In this document: piece by piece, positions 9,688 to 19,653 of the stretch
Position numbering within the stretch: position 1 is the stretch's first letter
Layout: every line of letters begins with the position of its first letter
NCBI GenBank assembly: GCA_000830255.1
Contig: JQIT01000002.1
Coordinates: 181,020 to 245,019 of the forward strand
DNA: 64,000 nt
Reading direction: 5' to 3'
Source: Sulfuricurvum sp. PC08-66
GTDB taxonomy: Bacteria > Campylobacterota > Campylobacteria > Campylobacterales > Sulfurimonadaceae
Notes under the pieces: model-generated
Told to the model about the DNA's origin: nothing
The model's input: only the letters and a program-made list of their open reading frames with translations
Database searches by the model: none
Program-made: the position numbers and the translations under genes

Positions 9688-10053
9688 CTAGATAAAATCC
9701 AACATCTCTGTGATTTTGTTATCGTCGTCTACCAAAACTACTTTTGGTTTGTAGTGTGTCAACTCTGCTTCGCTGTAGGAAGCGTAGGCGACAATAATAA
9801 TTTTGTCCCCTTTTTGCACCTTGCGTGCAGCAGCACCGTTGAGGCAAATTTCACCTTTGCCACGTTCACCTACGATGATGTAGGTAGAGAATCGCTCACC
9901 GTTGTTGATGTTGAGAATCTCCACTTTTTGTCCCACGCGCATGGTGGTCGCTTCCAAAAGAGCTTGATCGATAGTGATAGACCCCACGTAATGCAAATTC
10001 GCATCAGTCACCGTAGCGCGATGGATTTTGCTATGTAACATCTCTAAGACCAT
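9688..10053 (-). CDS. panD: Aspartate 1-decarboxylase
   Basis: 121 aa. [25 protein letters not shown]... and GERFSTY, the self-processing Gly-Ser region. Classic PanD. Confidence 0.95.
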   Translation of the reverse strand: MVLEMLHSKIHRATVTDANLHYVGSITIDQALLEATTMRVGQKVEILNINNGERFSTYIIVGERGKGEICLNGAAARKVQKGDKIIIVAYASYSEAELTHYKPKVVLVDDDNKITEMLDFI

Positions 10054-10058
10054 TGCGT

Positions 10059-10433
10059 TTAGCGACCCATCTGTTTCATCATGACATCAGGTGCCACGGG
10101 AGCATCCCACAATTCCGCTGGAATCGTGTACTCATCGACAATTTTGCCACCGATGATATGCTCATCGATGATGCGTGAAATTTTCTCTTTGGTGAGACCC
10201 ACGTACATTACATGACCTGGCTCTACAAGCATTACAGGCCCTACATTACAGCGATTGAGACACCCTGTTTGGATAGGAGAAACCGTAGCGATAACACCCT
10301 TTTGCATAAGCGTTTGTCCCAAATGTTGAAAAAGGTCTTGATTATCAGGGCGCACGCAAGAGGGTTTTGGCATGCCTGGAGGCGAAGATTGTTGGCATTT
10401 GAAGATATAAAAAGCTGGTTGAGGGATACCCAT
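10059..10433 (-). CDS. Thioredoxin-like [2Fe-2S] ferredoxin family protein
   Basis: 124 aa. Cys at positions 13, 26, 58 and 62 give spacing C-x12-C-x31-C-x3-C (CLNRC). This matches the thioredoxin-like [2Fe-2S] ferredoxin pattern. Confidence 0.55.
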   Translation of the reverse strand: MGIPQPAFYIFKCQQSSPPGMPKPSCVRPDNQDLFQHLGQTLMQKGVIATVSPIQTGCLNRCNVGPVMLVEPGHVMYVGLTKEKISRIIDEHIIGGKIVDEYTIPAELWDAPVAPDVMMKQMGR

Positions 10434-10541
10434 GACGATGTTTCTCCGCTGAAAAATAGGTTGTAAAATCGGCGCAATTATAACAGAATTTATTAAATTA
10501 ACTACTCTACCCCAAGGTTAATTAGAGGGCTTTAGAACTTT

Positions 10542-11195
10542 TTGTACAATACGCGCATGATTGAATTTCTCCTTTTTGACAACGACGGTGTCTTGGTCGA
10601 AACCGAACCGTGGTACTACCAAGCCAATATTGAAGCCCTCGACACCCTGCATCTCACACTCGATTTTCAAGAGTACATGCAACACATGACGCACGGCACC
10701 ACCGTGTGGCAAAAGGCACTCGATAGAGGCTTTTCGCACAGCCGTATCGAAGAAGCCAGAGCCTTTCGCAACGAACGCTACGGGCACTATCTACGCACCC
10801 AACCGCTCTACATCGAGGGCGTAGAAGAGGTGCTAGAAAAACTCTCTAAACGCTACAAAATGGCGATTGTCACCACTTCACGCAGGGTCGATTTCGAGCT
10901 CATACACCACGATAAGCGGCTGAGTCGCTATTTTGAGTTTGTACTGTGTGAGGAGGATTATCCGCGTGCCAAACCTCATCCCGACCCCTATTTGACAGCG
11001 TTGACGCGATTTGGAGCACAAAGCCACCAAGCGCTCGTCATCGAGGATTCCCAACGCGGTCTTACAGCAGCAGTAGCGGCAAACATTCCTTGCGTTACGG
11101 TACACAACGCATTTACTGCTTCACACGATTTTTCGCAAAGCACCCACCGTATCGCCTCACTCAAAGAGCTAGAGGAGCTTTTGACTACGCTTTAG
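10542..11195 (+). CDS. HAD-IA family hydrolase (beta-phosphoglucomutase/phosphatase-like)
   Basis: 217 aa. Motif I LLFDNDGVLVETE; motif III/IV ...KPHPDPY...VIEDSQRG. The start is probably at the internal Met (MIEFLL...) near 10557. Confidence 0.8.
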   Translation: MYNTRMIEFLLFDNDGVLVETEPWYYQANIEALDTLHLTLDFQEYMQHMTHGTTVWQKALDRGFSHSRIEEARAFRNERYGHYLRTQPLYIEGVEEVLEKLSKRYKMAIVTTSRRVDFELIHHDKRLSRYFEFVLCEEDYPRAKPHPDPYLTALTRFGAQSHQALVIEDSQRGLTAAVAANIPCVTVHNAFTASHDFSQSTHRIASLKELEELLTTL

Positions 11196-12453
11196 CTTTT
11201 TGATTATCGACCGCTTCATAAAGCGTGTCCAAAATCTCCACCGCTTCCACATCTCGAGCTATCAAAGAAGCGGCTTGTATCGATTGCGCTACCGCCACCT
11301 CTCGCTCATCTAGCACCGCACCCACCGCAATAAAAAGGGTATCGATAGTGCACAAAAGCGGATTGCGTCTGGCCTCATGTGCAAAACTAGCAATATCTTC
11401 AGAGCCTGCCACATCGACAAAAATCACCTCATAAGGCGCTGGATGGTGTTGCATCGAAGCCTCAAAGGTAGAGCCAATTACCGTTGTTTTGTGCCCCGCG
11501 CCATCGGCATGAAGAGCGTTCTTGATGTAGCGCCCTTCGCCCTCATCGGCGATGATAATGAGAATATTGAGTGGTTTGACTTTTTTGAGCTCCAAATAGA
11601 GCTGTTGGAGGGCTTGATTTTCCTTGTTGAGTTTGTGCACATCGAGGTTTTTGAGATAGTACTCTAAGTAGGTGCGACTGCTTATAATCTCTCCTGTGTA
11701 GGCGTTTTTGAAGTAGTTGCGAATGATGGGGGACTCTTTGGCTTTGAACCACAGCTCTATGTCAAACGCATACGCCATCGCATCCAAAATAGCTTTGAGT
11801 TTGGGCTTGGTGTCGTGGACGAAATGGCTAAAATCTCGTAAAAAAGGCGCTTCGTACTGGTCGCGAAACTGCGTAATAACCTCGTACAACACCTCGTTTT
11901 GGTCGACCAAATCGCCCAATCGCACAATCGCGTTGTTTTCGTGACGCTTGACACGTTTGAGCTCCTCGACCAATTCACCATACTCGCCACTCATTTTGGA
12001 GGCGTTTTGAATCTTTTGGGTGAGCTCTTTGACATTTTCCTTGAATCTGCGCGTCTGTCCACGCAAAAACCCAATCTCTTCGGTATTTGCCGTGAGCTTC
12101 TCTTCTAGCGTCACAAACCCTTTTTGTTGCGCCAAAAATATCATCTCATAGGCGCTTGCACCGTTGCGACTTTTGGTCAAAAAATCTTCGTAGACTTTTG
12201 CCATTTCGAGCAAATTTTTGTAGCGTTGCGCCAATTTGTGCGCCATAAACTCAGGGTCAAGTTCGCGCAAGGTTTTGTAGGTCGTATGCAAAAAGCGGTG
12301 CATAAGTTTGAAATCGATGCGTTTGTGTCGATGCGCATAGGTATCAAAAAGGTGCATTGCCTTGTGCGAAACAATGAAATAGCGCTTGAGCGCCGCTTCG
12401 ATAGTGTAGGTAAGCTCTAGAGGAAAGTCCGCTGCAGTATATTTTTTGGACAT
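11185..12453 (-). CDS. Hypothetical protein, helical N-terminal region with a possible degenerate receiver-like C-terminal domain
   Basis: 422 aa. No clear family. The C-terminus (NILIIIADEGEGRYIKNAL...YEVIFVDVAGSEDI...) loosely resembles a CheY-like fold but lacks the canonical acidic pocket. Confidence 0.45.
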   Translation of the reverse strand: MSKKYTAADFPLELTYTIEAALKRYFIVSHKAMHLFDTYAHRHKRIDFKLMHRFLHTTYKTLRELDPEFMAHKLAQRYKNLLEMAKVYEDFLTKSRNGASAYEMIFLAQQKGFVTLEEKLTANTEEIGFLRGQTRRFKENVKELTQKIQNASKMSGEYGELVEELKRVKRHENNAIVRLGDLVDQNEVLYEVITQFRDQYEAPFLRDFSHFVHDTKPKLKAILDAMAYAFDIELWFKAKESPIIRNYFKNAYTGEIISSRTYLEYYLKNLDVHKLNKENQALQQLYLELKKVKPLNILIIIADEGEGRYIKNALHADGAGHKTTVIGSTFEASMQHHPAPYEVIFVDVAGSEDIASFAHEARRNPLLCTIDTLFIAVGAVLDEREVAVAQSIQAASLIARDVEAVEILDTLYEAVDNQKAKA

Positions 12454-13673
12454 TAAAAATCGTTGACCAAGAGTGCCATTGTTTGTACATCGACGGCGCT
12501 ATCCATAGAGATAATAAAGAGCGGTGTCCCTTTGACAACACGCTCGACACTCTCACCCAAAATGACAAAGGCATTGGCATCGATAAGAGGAGCAAGCATG
12601 CCCGGACCATAGTGCGTCGATGCCGCGAAACCCTTGCCATCCCACACCCCTGGTACGACCGTAACACGCCCCTTTTTGATACGAAAATCGGTGTGCGCCA
12701 CGGTATGCACCGTACCAATAAAATGCCCTTTGCGACCGCTGAGCTTGGCAATAGCTGCACGTCCAAATAGCTCGAAATTAATCAGTGCCGCGAGGGGATT
12801 GCCAGGGAGATTGAGCACCCATGTTTTGCCAATACGCCCAAAGCTCGTAGGTTTGCCTGGTTTGATATTGATATGTTCAAAAAGGTAGTCGATACCAAAC
12901 TCCCCAAAGACCCCTTTGGTAAAGTCCGCATCCCCTACGCTCACCCCTCCAGAAGTGACAACCAAATCAGCCTCCAACGCGGTGTGAATATGGTGCGCTA
13001 TGTCACTTTTATCATCTTTGGCACTGCCTACAAAGACCACATCACACCCTAGCTCGATAGCGCGACCCAAGAGTGCAGGCGTGTTAGAGTTGTAAATATT
13101 GTGCGCTTGGAGAGGCTCAAAATGCATTTTGAGCTCTTCGCCCGTGGCGAAGACGGCGACTTTGGGCTTGCGATAGGTGCGTACATGCGTGATACCTTGG
13201 CTGGCCAATAGTGCCAATTGATACCCGCCCAGACGCATACCGCGCTCCAAAAGCACCTTGCCAGCGGCGATATCTTCGCTTTTGCGACGAATATGTGCAC
13301 CCGCTTTTATCGAGGCAGGAAGCTTCACCTGCTCCTCGAGGTGCGTCACCTCTTCGATAGGGACAATCGCTTCGCACCCTTGCGGAATGGCAGCACCCGT
13401 CATAATTTTGACGATGCCTTGGGCAAAATCGTGTGTTTTGTAAGTGTCACCTGCAAAAATTGTAGGAGAGACGCTTTGCACCGTACCTGCTTGGGCGAGT
13501 TGCACGGCGTAACCGTCCATCGCAGAGTTATCAAAGCGAGGCAAATCGATGGAGGCCACCACATCTTGTGCCAATACTGCACCCACAGCCTGCTCGATAG
13601 GCAGTAGGTGCGTCGTCACAGCAGGGATATGGTGCGCAATAAGGGCCAAAGCCTCTTCTATTTCTAGGGTCAT
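12453..13673 (-). CDS. moeA: Molybdopterin molybdenumtransferase
   Basis: 406 aa. ...LPRFDNSAMDGYAV... and the MoeA N/C domain layout (GGVSVGDAD). Confidence 0.9.
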   Translation of the reverse strand: MTLEIEEALALIAHHIPAVTTHLLPIEQAVGAVLAQDVVASIDLPRFDNSAMDGYAVQLAQAGTVQSVSPTIFAGDTYKTHDFAQGIVKIMTGAAIPQGCEAIVPIEEVTHLEEQVKLPASIKAGAHIRRKSEDIAAGKVLLERGMRLGGYQLALLASQGITHVRTYRKPKVAVFATGEELKMHFEPLQAHNIYNSNTPALLGRAIELGCDVVFVGSAKDDKSDIAHHIHTALEADLVVTSGGVSVGDADFTKGVFGEFGIDYLFEHINIKPGKPTSFGRIGKTWVLNLPGNPLAALINFELFGRAAIAKLSGRKGHFIGTVHTVAHTDFRIKKGRVTVVPGVWDGKGFAASTHYGPGMLAPLIDANAFVILGESVERVVKGTPLFIISMDSAVDVQTMALLVNDF

Positions 13674-13759
13674 ACTTCACTTCTTAAACTTGAAATAGGC
13701 ATAATTATACCCTTTTAAAACGCTATACGACCCTATAATTTATACACCTAGGAGGCATC

Positions 13760-14167
13760 ATGCCTACGCTCAACGAAACTGCGACGCTCTATCATATGTA
13801 CGCCATCGTGATTCTCACCGTTACTATCACACTTTTTTATATCTACACGCAGTACAACAACGACTTCATTCGCTACAAACAACACATACGTATCTTGATG
13901 CCCATCTATATTTTGGGGCTCTCAAGCACCATCTTCACAGGGATACTTTTGATGGCAAATAGCACCGATGGATTCACCCTCTCACGCACCCTTATGATTG
14001 GCGTTGGTGTGCTTATGATGGTACTGGAGATCAGACGCCACAAACACCTTATGCGCACCCTCTCACACGAGGGAGCGACCTATATTGCCTTCGCCAAACG
14101 CATCTACGCCATAGAGTTAATCGCTCTTTTTGGCGTCACCTATCTTGTCAAAAGTGCTTTGGTGTGA
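13760..14167 (+). CDS. Small integral membrane protein (hypothetical)
   Basis: 135 aa with about 4 predicted hydrophobic helices. No recognisable motif. Confidence 0.45.
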   Translation: MPTLNETATLYHMYAIVILTVTITLFYIYTQYNNDFIRYKQHIRILMPIYILGLSSTIFTGILLMANSTDGFTLSRTLMIGVGVLMMVLEIRRHKHLMRTLSHEGATYIAFAKRIYAIELIALFGVTYLVKSALV

Positions 14168-14838
14168 TTTACCACTTTCATACGGATGCAGGACAAAGTG
14201 TAGTGCGGATTGAGGGCGAAGCCTTTCGTCATCTCATAAAAGCGCGTCGTAGCGATATAGGTGACACCCTCACCCTGCGCAACAAAGCAGAACTCTCCTC
14301 CTACACCTACCGTATTGAGACGATTGTGCGCGATGAAGCAACCGCCTCCTTGGTAGAGCGACTCCCAGAACCCAGCGCATCGACACGTGCACTGCATCTT
14401 GGATGGTGTATCATTGACCCCAAAAACATTGAAAAGATGCTCCCACAGCTTGTAGAGTTGGGCGTCGAAACCATCACCTTTTTAACCTGCGACAGAACAC
14501 AACGCAACTTTCGGTTGGAGCTGTCTCGATGGGAGCGTATCATCGATGCGAGCATGCAACAGTGCGGTCGCACTGCCTCTATGAAGCTCATCGAGGGGAA
14601 AAAGGTGAGCGATTTTTTAACCGCAAATCCCCATGCACTCATACTCGATTTTGCACCTACGCCACTCGACAGTACACAAATTAGCACTACCCAAACCTTT
14701 TTGATTGGGTGTGAAGGGGGTTTTTCTCCCAATGAGCAGGCGCTTTTTGACCCTGCAAAGGTACGTAGACTCGATACAGCACATGTTTTGCGCTCCGAAA
14801 CTGCCGCAGTGGCGATCGCATCGTTGGCGCTTTTATAA
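14164..14838 (+). CDS. rsmE: 16S rRNA (uracil1498-N3)-methyltransferase
   Basis: 224 aa. RsmE/DUF558 pattern with C-terminal LIGCEGGFSPNEQALF. Overlaps the upstream ORF by 4 nt. Confidence 0.75.
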   Translation: MIYHFHTDAGQSVVRIEGEAFRHLIKARRSDIGDTLTLRNKAELSSYTYRIETIVRDEATASLVERLPEPSASTRALHLGWCIIDPKNIEKMLPQLVELGVETITFLTCDRTQRNFRLELSRWERIIDASMQQCGRTASMKLIEGKKVSDFLTANPHALILDFAPTPLDSTQISTTQTFLIGCEGGFSPNEQALFDPAKVRRLDTAHVLRSETAAVAIASLALL

Positions 14839-14976
14839 AGTTTTTAAATCTCCTTTGCTATAATCCGCCGCTTTATACTCCCAAAAGCTCTTTTGAGAGT
14901 ATTTTCCTGCACCTGTACGGGAAGCGAAAAACTATACAAATGTGCGTAACAACGCGCATTGACCCAAGGATTTGTT

Positions 14977-15174
14977 ATGAAAAAAGGTGTTCACCCAGAA
15001 TTGAAAACCTGTCACGTTAGTTGTGCTTGTGGCAACACATTTGAGACCAAAAGCATCAAAGCTGAAATTCGTGTAGATATCTGCAACGAATGTCACCCTT
15101 TCTACACAGGTAGCGAAAAAATTGTTGACGCTGCTGGACGTGTGGATAAATTTAACCAACGCTACAACCGCTAA
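14977..15174 (+). CDS. rpmE: 50S ribosomal protein L31
   Basis: [26 protein letters not shown]...[13 protein letters not shown]. The start was trimmed from the track ORF to the MKKG Met. Confidence 0.95.
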   Translation: MKKGVHPELKTCHVSCACGNTFETKSIKAEIRVDICNECHPFYTGSEKIVDAAGRVDKFNQRYNR

Positions 15175-15180
15175 TCTTTT

Positions 15181-15996
15181 ATGCTACAACTGGTTCCTAC
15201 CCCGATTGGGAACCTCTCTGACATCTCCCAAAGAAGCCTCGATGCGCTCTTTGGGGCGTCGATTATTCTTTGCGAAGATACTCGCATCACCCACAAACTT
15301 CTCACACTCCTAGCCCAACGCTACGACCACCCCAAATACAACGCCAAACTTGTCTCACTGCATTCGCACAACGAAGCCGATTTCATTGCCAAACTCACAC
15401 CAGACTTTTTTGATGCTGCTATCGTTTATGTCAGTGATGCAGGGATGCCAGGTATTTCAGACCCTGGGCAGTTGCTCGTCGATTACTGTTTGCAACACGA
15501 TATCGCTTATGAAGTTCTAGCAGGAGCTTCAGCCCTTTTGGTCGCCTTTGTGGCAAGTGGTTTTAATCAGACCCAATTTGTCTTTGGCGGATTTTTGCCG
15601 CACAAGCAAGAAAATCGTCGTACGGCTCTTGCCAAGCTCATCGATACACAGCTAACCGTTATACTCTACGAGGCACCGCACCGACTACTTGAACTCCTAG
15701 AGGCACTTGTCGCCCTCGATTCCCACCACCCTATTTTTGTCGCCAAAGAGCTCTCCAAACTGCATGAAACCAAATTTCGTGGCACCGCAATAGAGGTTTT
15801 CAACACCCTAAAAACGACCTCTATCAAAGGTGAATGGGTGGTCGTGCTCTCCCCCTTTGTCAAAACCAAAACACTCCAGCTAGGAGAAGAAGAGCTGCTC
15901 AAACTCTCCCTTCCGCCCAAAGAGAAAGCCAAATTGTTAGCACAATTAGGCACAAAATCCGCCAAAGAGTGGTACGAAGAGCTCTGTAATGCATAA
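15181..15996 (+). CDS. rsmI: 16S rRNA (cytidine1402-2'-O)-methyltransferase
   Basis: 271 aa. LQLVPTPIGNLSDISQRSLDAL...ILCEDTR... tetrapyrrole-methylase fold typical of RsmI. Confidence 0.9.
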   Translation: MLQLVPTPIGNLSDISQRSLDALFGASIILCEDTRITHKLLTLLAQRYDHPKYNAKLVSLHSHNEADFIAKLTPDFFDAAIVYVSDAGMPGISDPGQLLVDYCLQHDIAYEVLAGASALLVAFVASGFNQTQFVFGGFLPHKQENRRTALAKLIDTQLTVILYEAPHRLLELLEALVALDSHHPIFVAKELSKLHETKFRGTAIEVFNTLKTTSIKGEWVVVLSPFVKTKTLQLGEEELLKLSLPPKEKAKLLAQLGTKSAKEWYEELCNA

Positions 15997-16028
15997 AGCA
16001 TGCTCATTTAAAGTTACCTAAGTATGGT

Positions 16029-16736
16029 TTGGCTAAAATCCGCACTATGTTAATTTATGGAAAACAAACCGTTCTTTTTTTGGTTGAGCATTTTGCCTCT
16101 ACAATAGAAACACTCTATTTGGCAAAAGAGGTAGAGAAAAAACTCTACAATTCGCTCATGGATCACGCGTCAAAGCATGGATTTGAAGTGGTGCGCACCA
16201 AGCCAGAACATGCCCAGCAAATGGTCAAAAGTGGGAACCACCAAGGTTTCATCGCCAAAACAAAGCCGTATGAACTCCAAGAGATTAACGCACTCAAAAA
16301 CTTCACAAAAGTGGTAGTCTTGAGTGGGTTGACCGACATGGGCAACATTGGTGCTATTATTCGAAGTGCTTATGCATTGGGAGTAGAAGCTATCGTCATT
16401 GGAGGCGTTGCACAGCTACAGCTAGAGGCTATGGCTCGCACTTCAAGTGGTGCGATGTTTGGCATGACGCTGGTGCATTGGCCCCAATTACTCGATTTAC
16501 CCAATACACTACACCAATTTGGTTTTACCCTCTACGGTGCATCGATGCAAGGTGTCGATATACGTACGCTGGTTCCCAAGCCCAAATGGGCGCTCTTTTT
16601 GGGAGGCGAATCAGAGGGATTGCAGGCAAAATTGGAACAAAAGTTGGATATGACCCTAAAAATAGCGATGGAACACGATTTTGACTCGCTCAATGTCAGT
16701 GTTGCCGCCGCAATTATCATCGACAGGATGCGTTAA
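16029..16736 (+). CDS. TrmH/SpoU-family RNA 2'-O-methyltransferase (RlmB-like)
   Basis: 235 aa. SpoU motifs VVLSGLTDMGNIGAIIRSAYALGVEAIVIG and ...LNVSVAAAIII. The true start may be the internal Met (MLIYGK) near 16047. Confidence 0.85.
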   Translation: MAKIRTMLIYGKQTVLFLVEHFASTIETLYLAKEVEKKLYNSLMDHASKHGFEVVRTKPEHAQQMVKSGNHQGFIAKTKPYELQEINALKNFTKVVVLSGLTDMGNIGAIIRSAYALGVEAIVIGGVAQLQLEAMARTSSGAMFGMTLVHWPQLLDLPNTLHQFGFTLYGASMQGVDIRTLVPKPKWALFLGGESEGLQAKLEQKLDMTLKIAMEHDFDSLNVSVAAAIIIDRMR

Positions 16737-17518
16737 TGCAATTACAAGAGACTATCGACCAACTCAAATCACTGGGCGTCAATTACATTCACGACAAAAC
16801 TCACATCTCAATCTACGCCATTGAGGCAATTATCGCGCAAGATTTTAATGCACTGCATCCTATTCAGTTTGCAGGTTTTCTCAATATTATAGAGACAACC
16901 GTACGTGTGAATATGAACCCCTTGCGCGAAGCACTAGAACAGCACAAAGCTTCACGTACTCTTCCAGAGGGTGATTCTCGTCTCTTCATCTACACCCCCG
17001 AGGAAAAAGAGAGCAAAAAAATGCTCTACGCTATCGTAGGCGCCATTGTAGGTTTGCTCTTTATTATTTTTCTTTTTTCAGGGGATGAAGAGAGTACGCC
17101 AGCACCTACAGAGAGTCAAACACTTCTCAAAGTAACAGAGAAGATTGCACAAGATAATCAACCCACTGAGCTTGTCACTGATACCAAAGTGCCCCAATTT
17201 GATACCCAAACGGTCGTCGAAGATGCGCTACCCAAAGAGGAGCCCTTCGTCTTACATCCCAAATCTGAACTCTGGATTGGGATCATCGATTTGGATACCA
17301 AAGTCCAAAAAGACACTATCACTACTGAGCCCTACATTCTCGATGAGAATGTCAATATGCTCATTTCACTAGGTCATGGTCAAGTTGATATCAAACTACA
17401 CGATGAGCTCAAAGAGTACACAACACCCAAACGTCTACGTTTTCTCTATCGCAATGGAGAACTACGCCAAATCACTTTGGGCGAATTTATTGAGCTCAAC
17501 GATGGCAAAAGCTGGTAA
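16736..17518 (+). CDS. RodZ-like membrane protein (N-terminal HTH-like region, one TM helix, C-terminal beta domain)
   Basis: 260 aa. Single TM MLYAIVGAIVGLLFIIFLF, an acidic/Pro-rich linker, and a C-terminal domain (...LWIGIIDLDTKV...LRFLYRNGELRQIT) reminiscent of RodZ DUF4115. Assignment is tentative. Confidence 0.4.
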   Translation: MQLQETIDQLKSLGVNYIHDKTHISIYAIEAIIAQDFNALHPIQFAGFLNIIETTVRVNMNPLREALEQHKASRTLPEGDSRLFIYTPEEKESKKMLYAIVGAIVGLLFIIFLFSGDEESTPAPTESQTLLKVTEKIAQDNQPTELVTDTKVPQFDTQTVVEDALPKEEPFVLHPKSELWIGIIDLDTKVQKDTITTEPYILDENVNMLISLGHGQVDIKLHDELKEYTTPKRLRFLYRNGELRQITLGEFIELNDGKSW

Positions 17519-17524
17519 GCACTG

Positions 17525-18352
17525 GTGCTAATACGCCTCTTCGTTCTCTTGGGGTTTTTTACACTGCAGAGCTTTGGCCTTGCGCCTAAGCTTGAAAAAC
17601 AGATTTTTCAACTTATCGATGCCACCCAATACTCCAAGCACAAACGCCTCATAGAGACAATTTTCGCAGACGAAACTCCCTTTTTTATCGATGAGCACAT
17701 CGACACTATCAAGCTCATCGAAACGCTCAAAGAGAACGGTCTGCTTAAACTCTACCACGACGCACCACTGATGAACCGTGTCACCTTCACCACAGGTGGA
17801 AACGCGCAATTTTTTGTCAAACTCCTACGTGACACTCTCCAATCGATTGGCTATTATCGCTACTTCACCCGCAAAGCCGTACGCGAAAACAGCACCTTTT
17901 TTTGGGAAATCGAATTTATGAGTGAGTACAGTATCGACCCTATCGTCCTACAAAAAGCACTCGAAAAACGCAACTGTTCGATTACCACTATCGAGCGTAT
18001 CGATAGCTCCACATGGCACTACACCATCGATATCACCAATGCCCATCTCGATTTACAAAAGCTTCAACCCCATGAGCCTTTGGAGTTGCGAAAATCACTC
18101 AACGCCTACTGGATAGATGTCTCCTTGGGCGAAAAATTGACGATTCAAACCCTGCGAGGAGACAGCTGGTTCCCCGATGTCGCGCTCTTTGACCACAAAA
18201 TGCACCTCCTCAAAAGCTACAAAAACGAAGAAAAAGTTTCTGAATTGGTAATGTATCTACCCAAAGAGACGCACTACATCAAAATCAGCGATATTTTCAA
18301 CCAAACCAACATCAAACATGGTCTCAAACTCCTACTGGAAGGGGCTAAATAG
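17525..18352 (+). CDS. Hypothetical secreted protein
   Basis: 275 aa. N-terminal signal-like MLIRLFVLLGFFTLQSFGLA. No motif recognised. Confidence 0.4.
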   Translation: MLIRLFVLLGFFTLQSFGLAPKLEKQIFQLIDATQYSKHKRLIETIFADETPFFIDEHIDTIKLIETLKENGLLKLYHDAPLMNRVTFTTGGNAQFFVKLLRDTLQSIGYYRYFTRKAVRENSTFFWEIEFMSEYSIDPIVLQKALEKRNCSITTIERIDSSTWHYTIDITNAHLDLQKLQPHEPLELRKSLNAYWIDVSLGEKLTIQTLRGDSWFPDVALFDHKMHLLKSYKNEEKVSELVMYLPKETHYIKISDIFNQTNIKHGLKLLLEGAK

Positions 18353-18420
18353 CCCCAACGCATTTTAAAAATTAATCCGCTATAATCGCCAAATTTCTAC
18401 GCTAAAAAGGCAAAAAACTC

Positions 18421-19653
18421 ATGTTCAATGAATTTGAATTCGACAAAATGCGACGTCTTCCCAAATATGTTTTTGCGGAAGTAGGTGAACTTAAAATGTC
18501 TGAGCGCCGCAAAGGTGCCGATGTTATAGATTTTTCGATGGGCAATCCAGACGGTCCTGCCCCTGAACACATTCGCGAAAAACTCATTGAAGCCTCAGCC
18601 AAACCCCACAATCACGGCTATTCAGCCTCCAAAGGTATCTACAAACTTCGTCTTGCCATTACCAATTGGTACAAACGTCGCTACGATGTAGACCTCGACC
18701 CCGATACCGAAACGGTCGCCACGATGGGAAGCAAAGAGGGATACGCGCACCTCATCCAAGCTATCGTAAACCCTGGTGATATGGCTGTCGTGCCCGATCC
18801 AGCCTACCCCATTCACGCCTACGCTTTTGCCCTTGCAGGAGGTAATGTCCAAAAAATGGAACTTCCTTACGATGAAGATTTCAATCTTTTGGAAGACCAA
18901 TTCTTTCACAACCTCGAAAAAGCGTTCCAAGACTCCTTTGTTAAGCCCAAATATGTGGTCGTGAATTTCCCACACAACCCCACCACGGTCACCTGCCAAC
19001 AAAGCTTCTATGAGCGTATCGTAGCGATGGCAAAAAAAGAGCGTTTTTATATCATCTCCGATATCGCTTACGCTGACATTACCTTCGATGGGTACAAAAC
19101 CCCTTCGATTTTGACCGTCCCTGGCGCCAAAGATGTAGCCGTAGAGAGCTTCACCCTCTCCAAATCCTACAACATGGCAGGCTGGCGTGTAGGCTTTATC
19201 GTGGGCAACAAAAAACTCGTAGGCGCTTTGCAAAAAATCAAATCGTGGCTCGATTATGGGATGTTCACCCCTATTCAAATTGCCGCAACCATCGCGCTAG
19301 ACGGTCCACAAGAGTGTGTCGCAGAATTTACAGACAAATATTACCGCCGTCAAAAAGTGGTCATCGAGACCTTCAACCAAGCGGGCTGGGCAATTCGTCC
19401 TACCAAAGCGAGTATGTTTTTGTGGGCTGAAATTCCACAAGAGTTGCAACACCTAGGGAGTTTGGAGTTTGCCAAACGTCTCTTGGTCGAGGCCAAAGTA
19501 GCGGTGAGTCCAGGGATTGGATTCGGTGAGTATGGTGACAAATATGTGCGTATTGCCCTTATCGAAAACGAAAAACGTATTCGCCAAGCCGCCAAAAACA
19601 TCAAAACCTTTTTAGCACAAGCCAAACAAAACGCTCCTAAGCAGGCGCAATAG
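18421..19653 (+). CDS. alaC: AlaC-like class I/II aminotransferase
   Basis: 410 aa. Strong similarity to the E. coli AlaC/YfdZ pattern: ...LPKYVFAEVGELKMSERRKGADVIDFSMGNPDG...HGYSASKGI..LR.AI..WY..RYDVDLDP...GSKEG.AHL.... Confidence 0.8.
   Translation: MFNEFEFDKMRRLPKYVFAEVGELKMSERRKGADVIDFSMGNPDGPAPEHIREKLIEASAKPHNHGYSASKGIYKLRLAITNWYKRRYDVDLDPDTETVATMGSKEGYAHLIQAIVNPGDMAVVPDPAYPIHAYAFALAGGNVQKMELPYDEDFNLLEDQFFHNLEKAFQDSFVKPKYVVVNFPHNPTTVTCQQSFYERIVAMAKKERFYIISDIAYADITFDGYKTPSILTVPGAKDVAVESFTLSKSYNMAGWRVGFIVGNKKLVGALQKIKSWLDYGMFTPIQIAATIALDGPQECVAEFTDKYYRRQKVVIETFNQAGWAIRPTKASMFLWAEIPQELQHLGSLEFAKRLLVEAKVAVSPGIGFGEYGDKYVRIALIENEKRIRQAAKNIKTFLAQAKQNAPKQAQ

Noticed and set aside
9431-10038. 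ORFs at 9431-9682 (-) and 9607-10038 (+)
   Set aside because: They overlap the PDZ-protein gene and lie antisense to panD. They have no motifs and are incompatible with the strongly supported neighbours.
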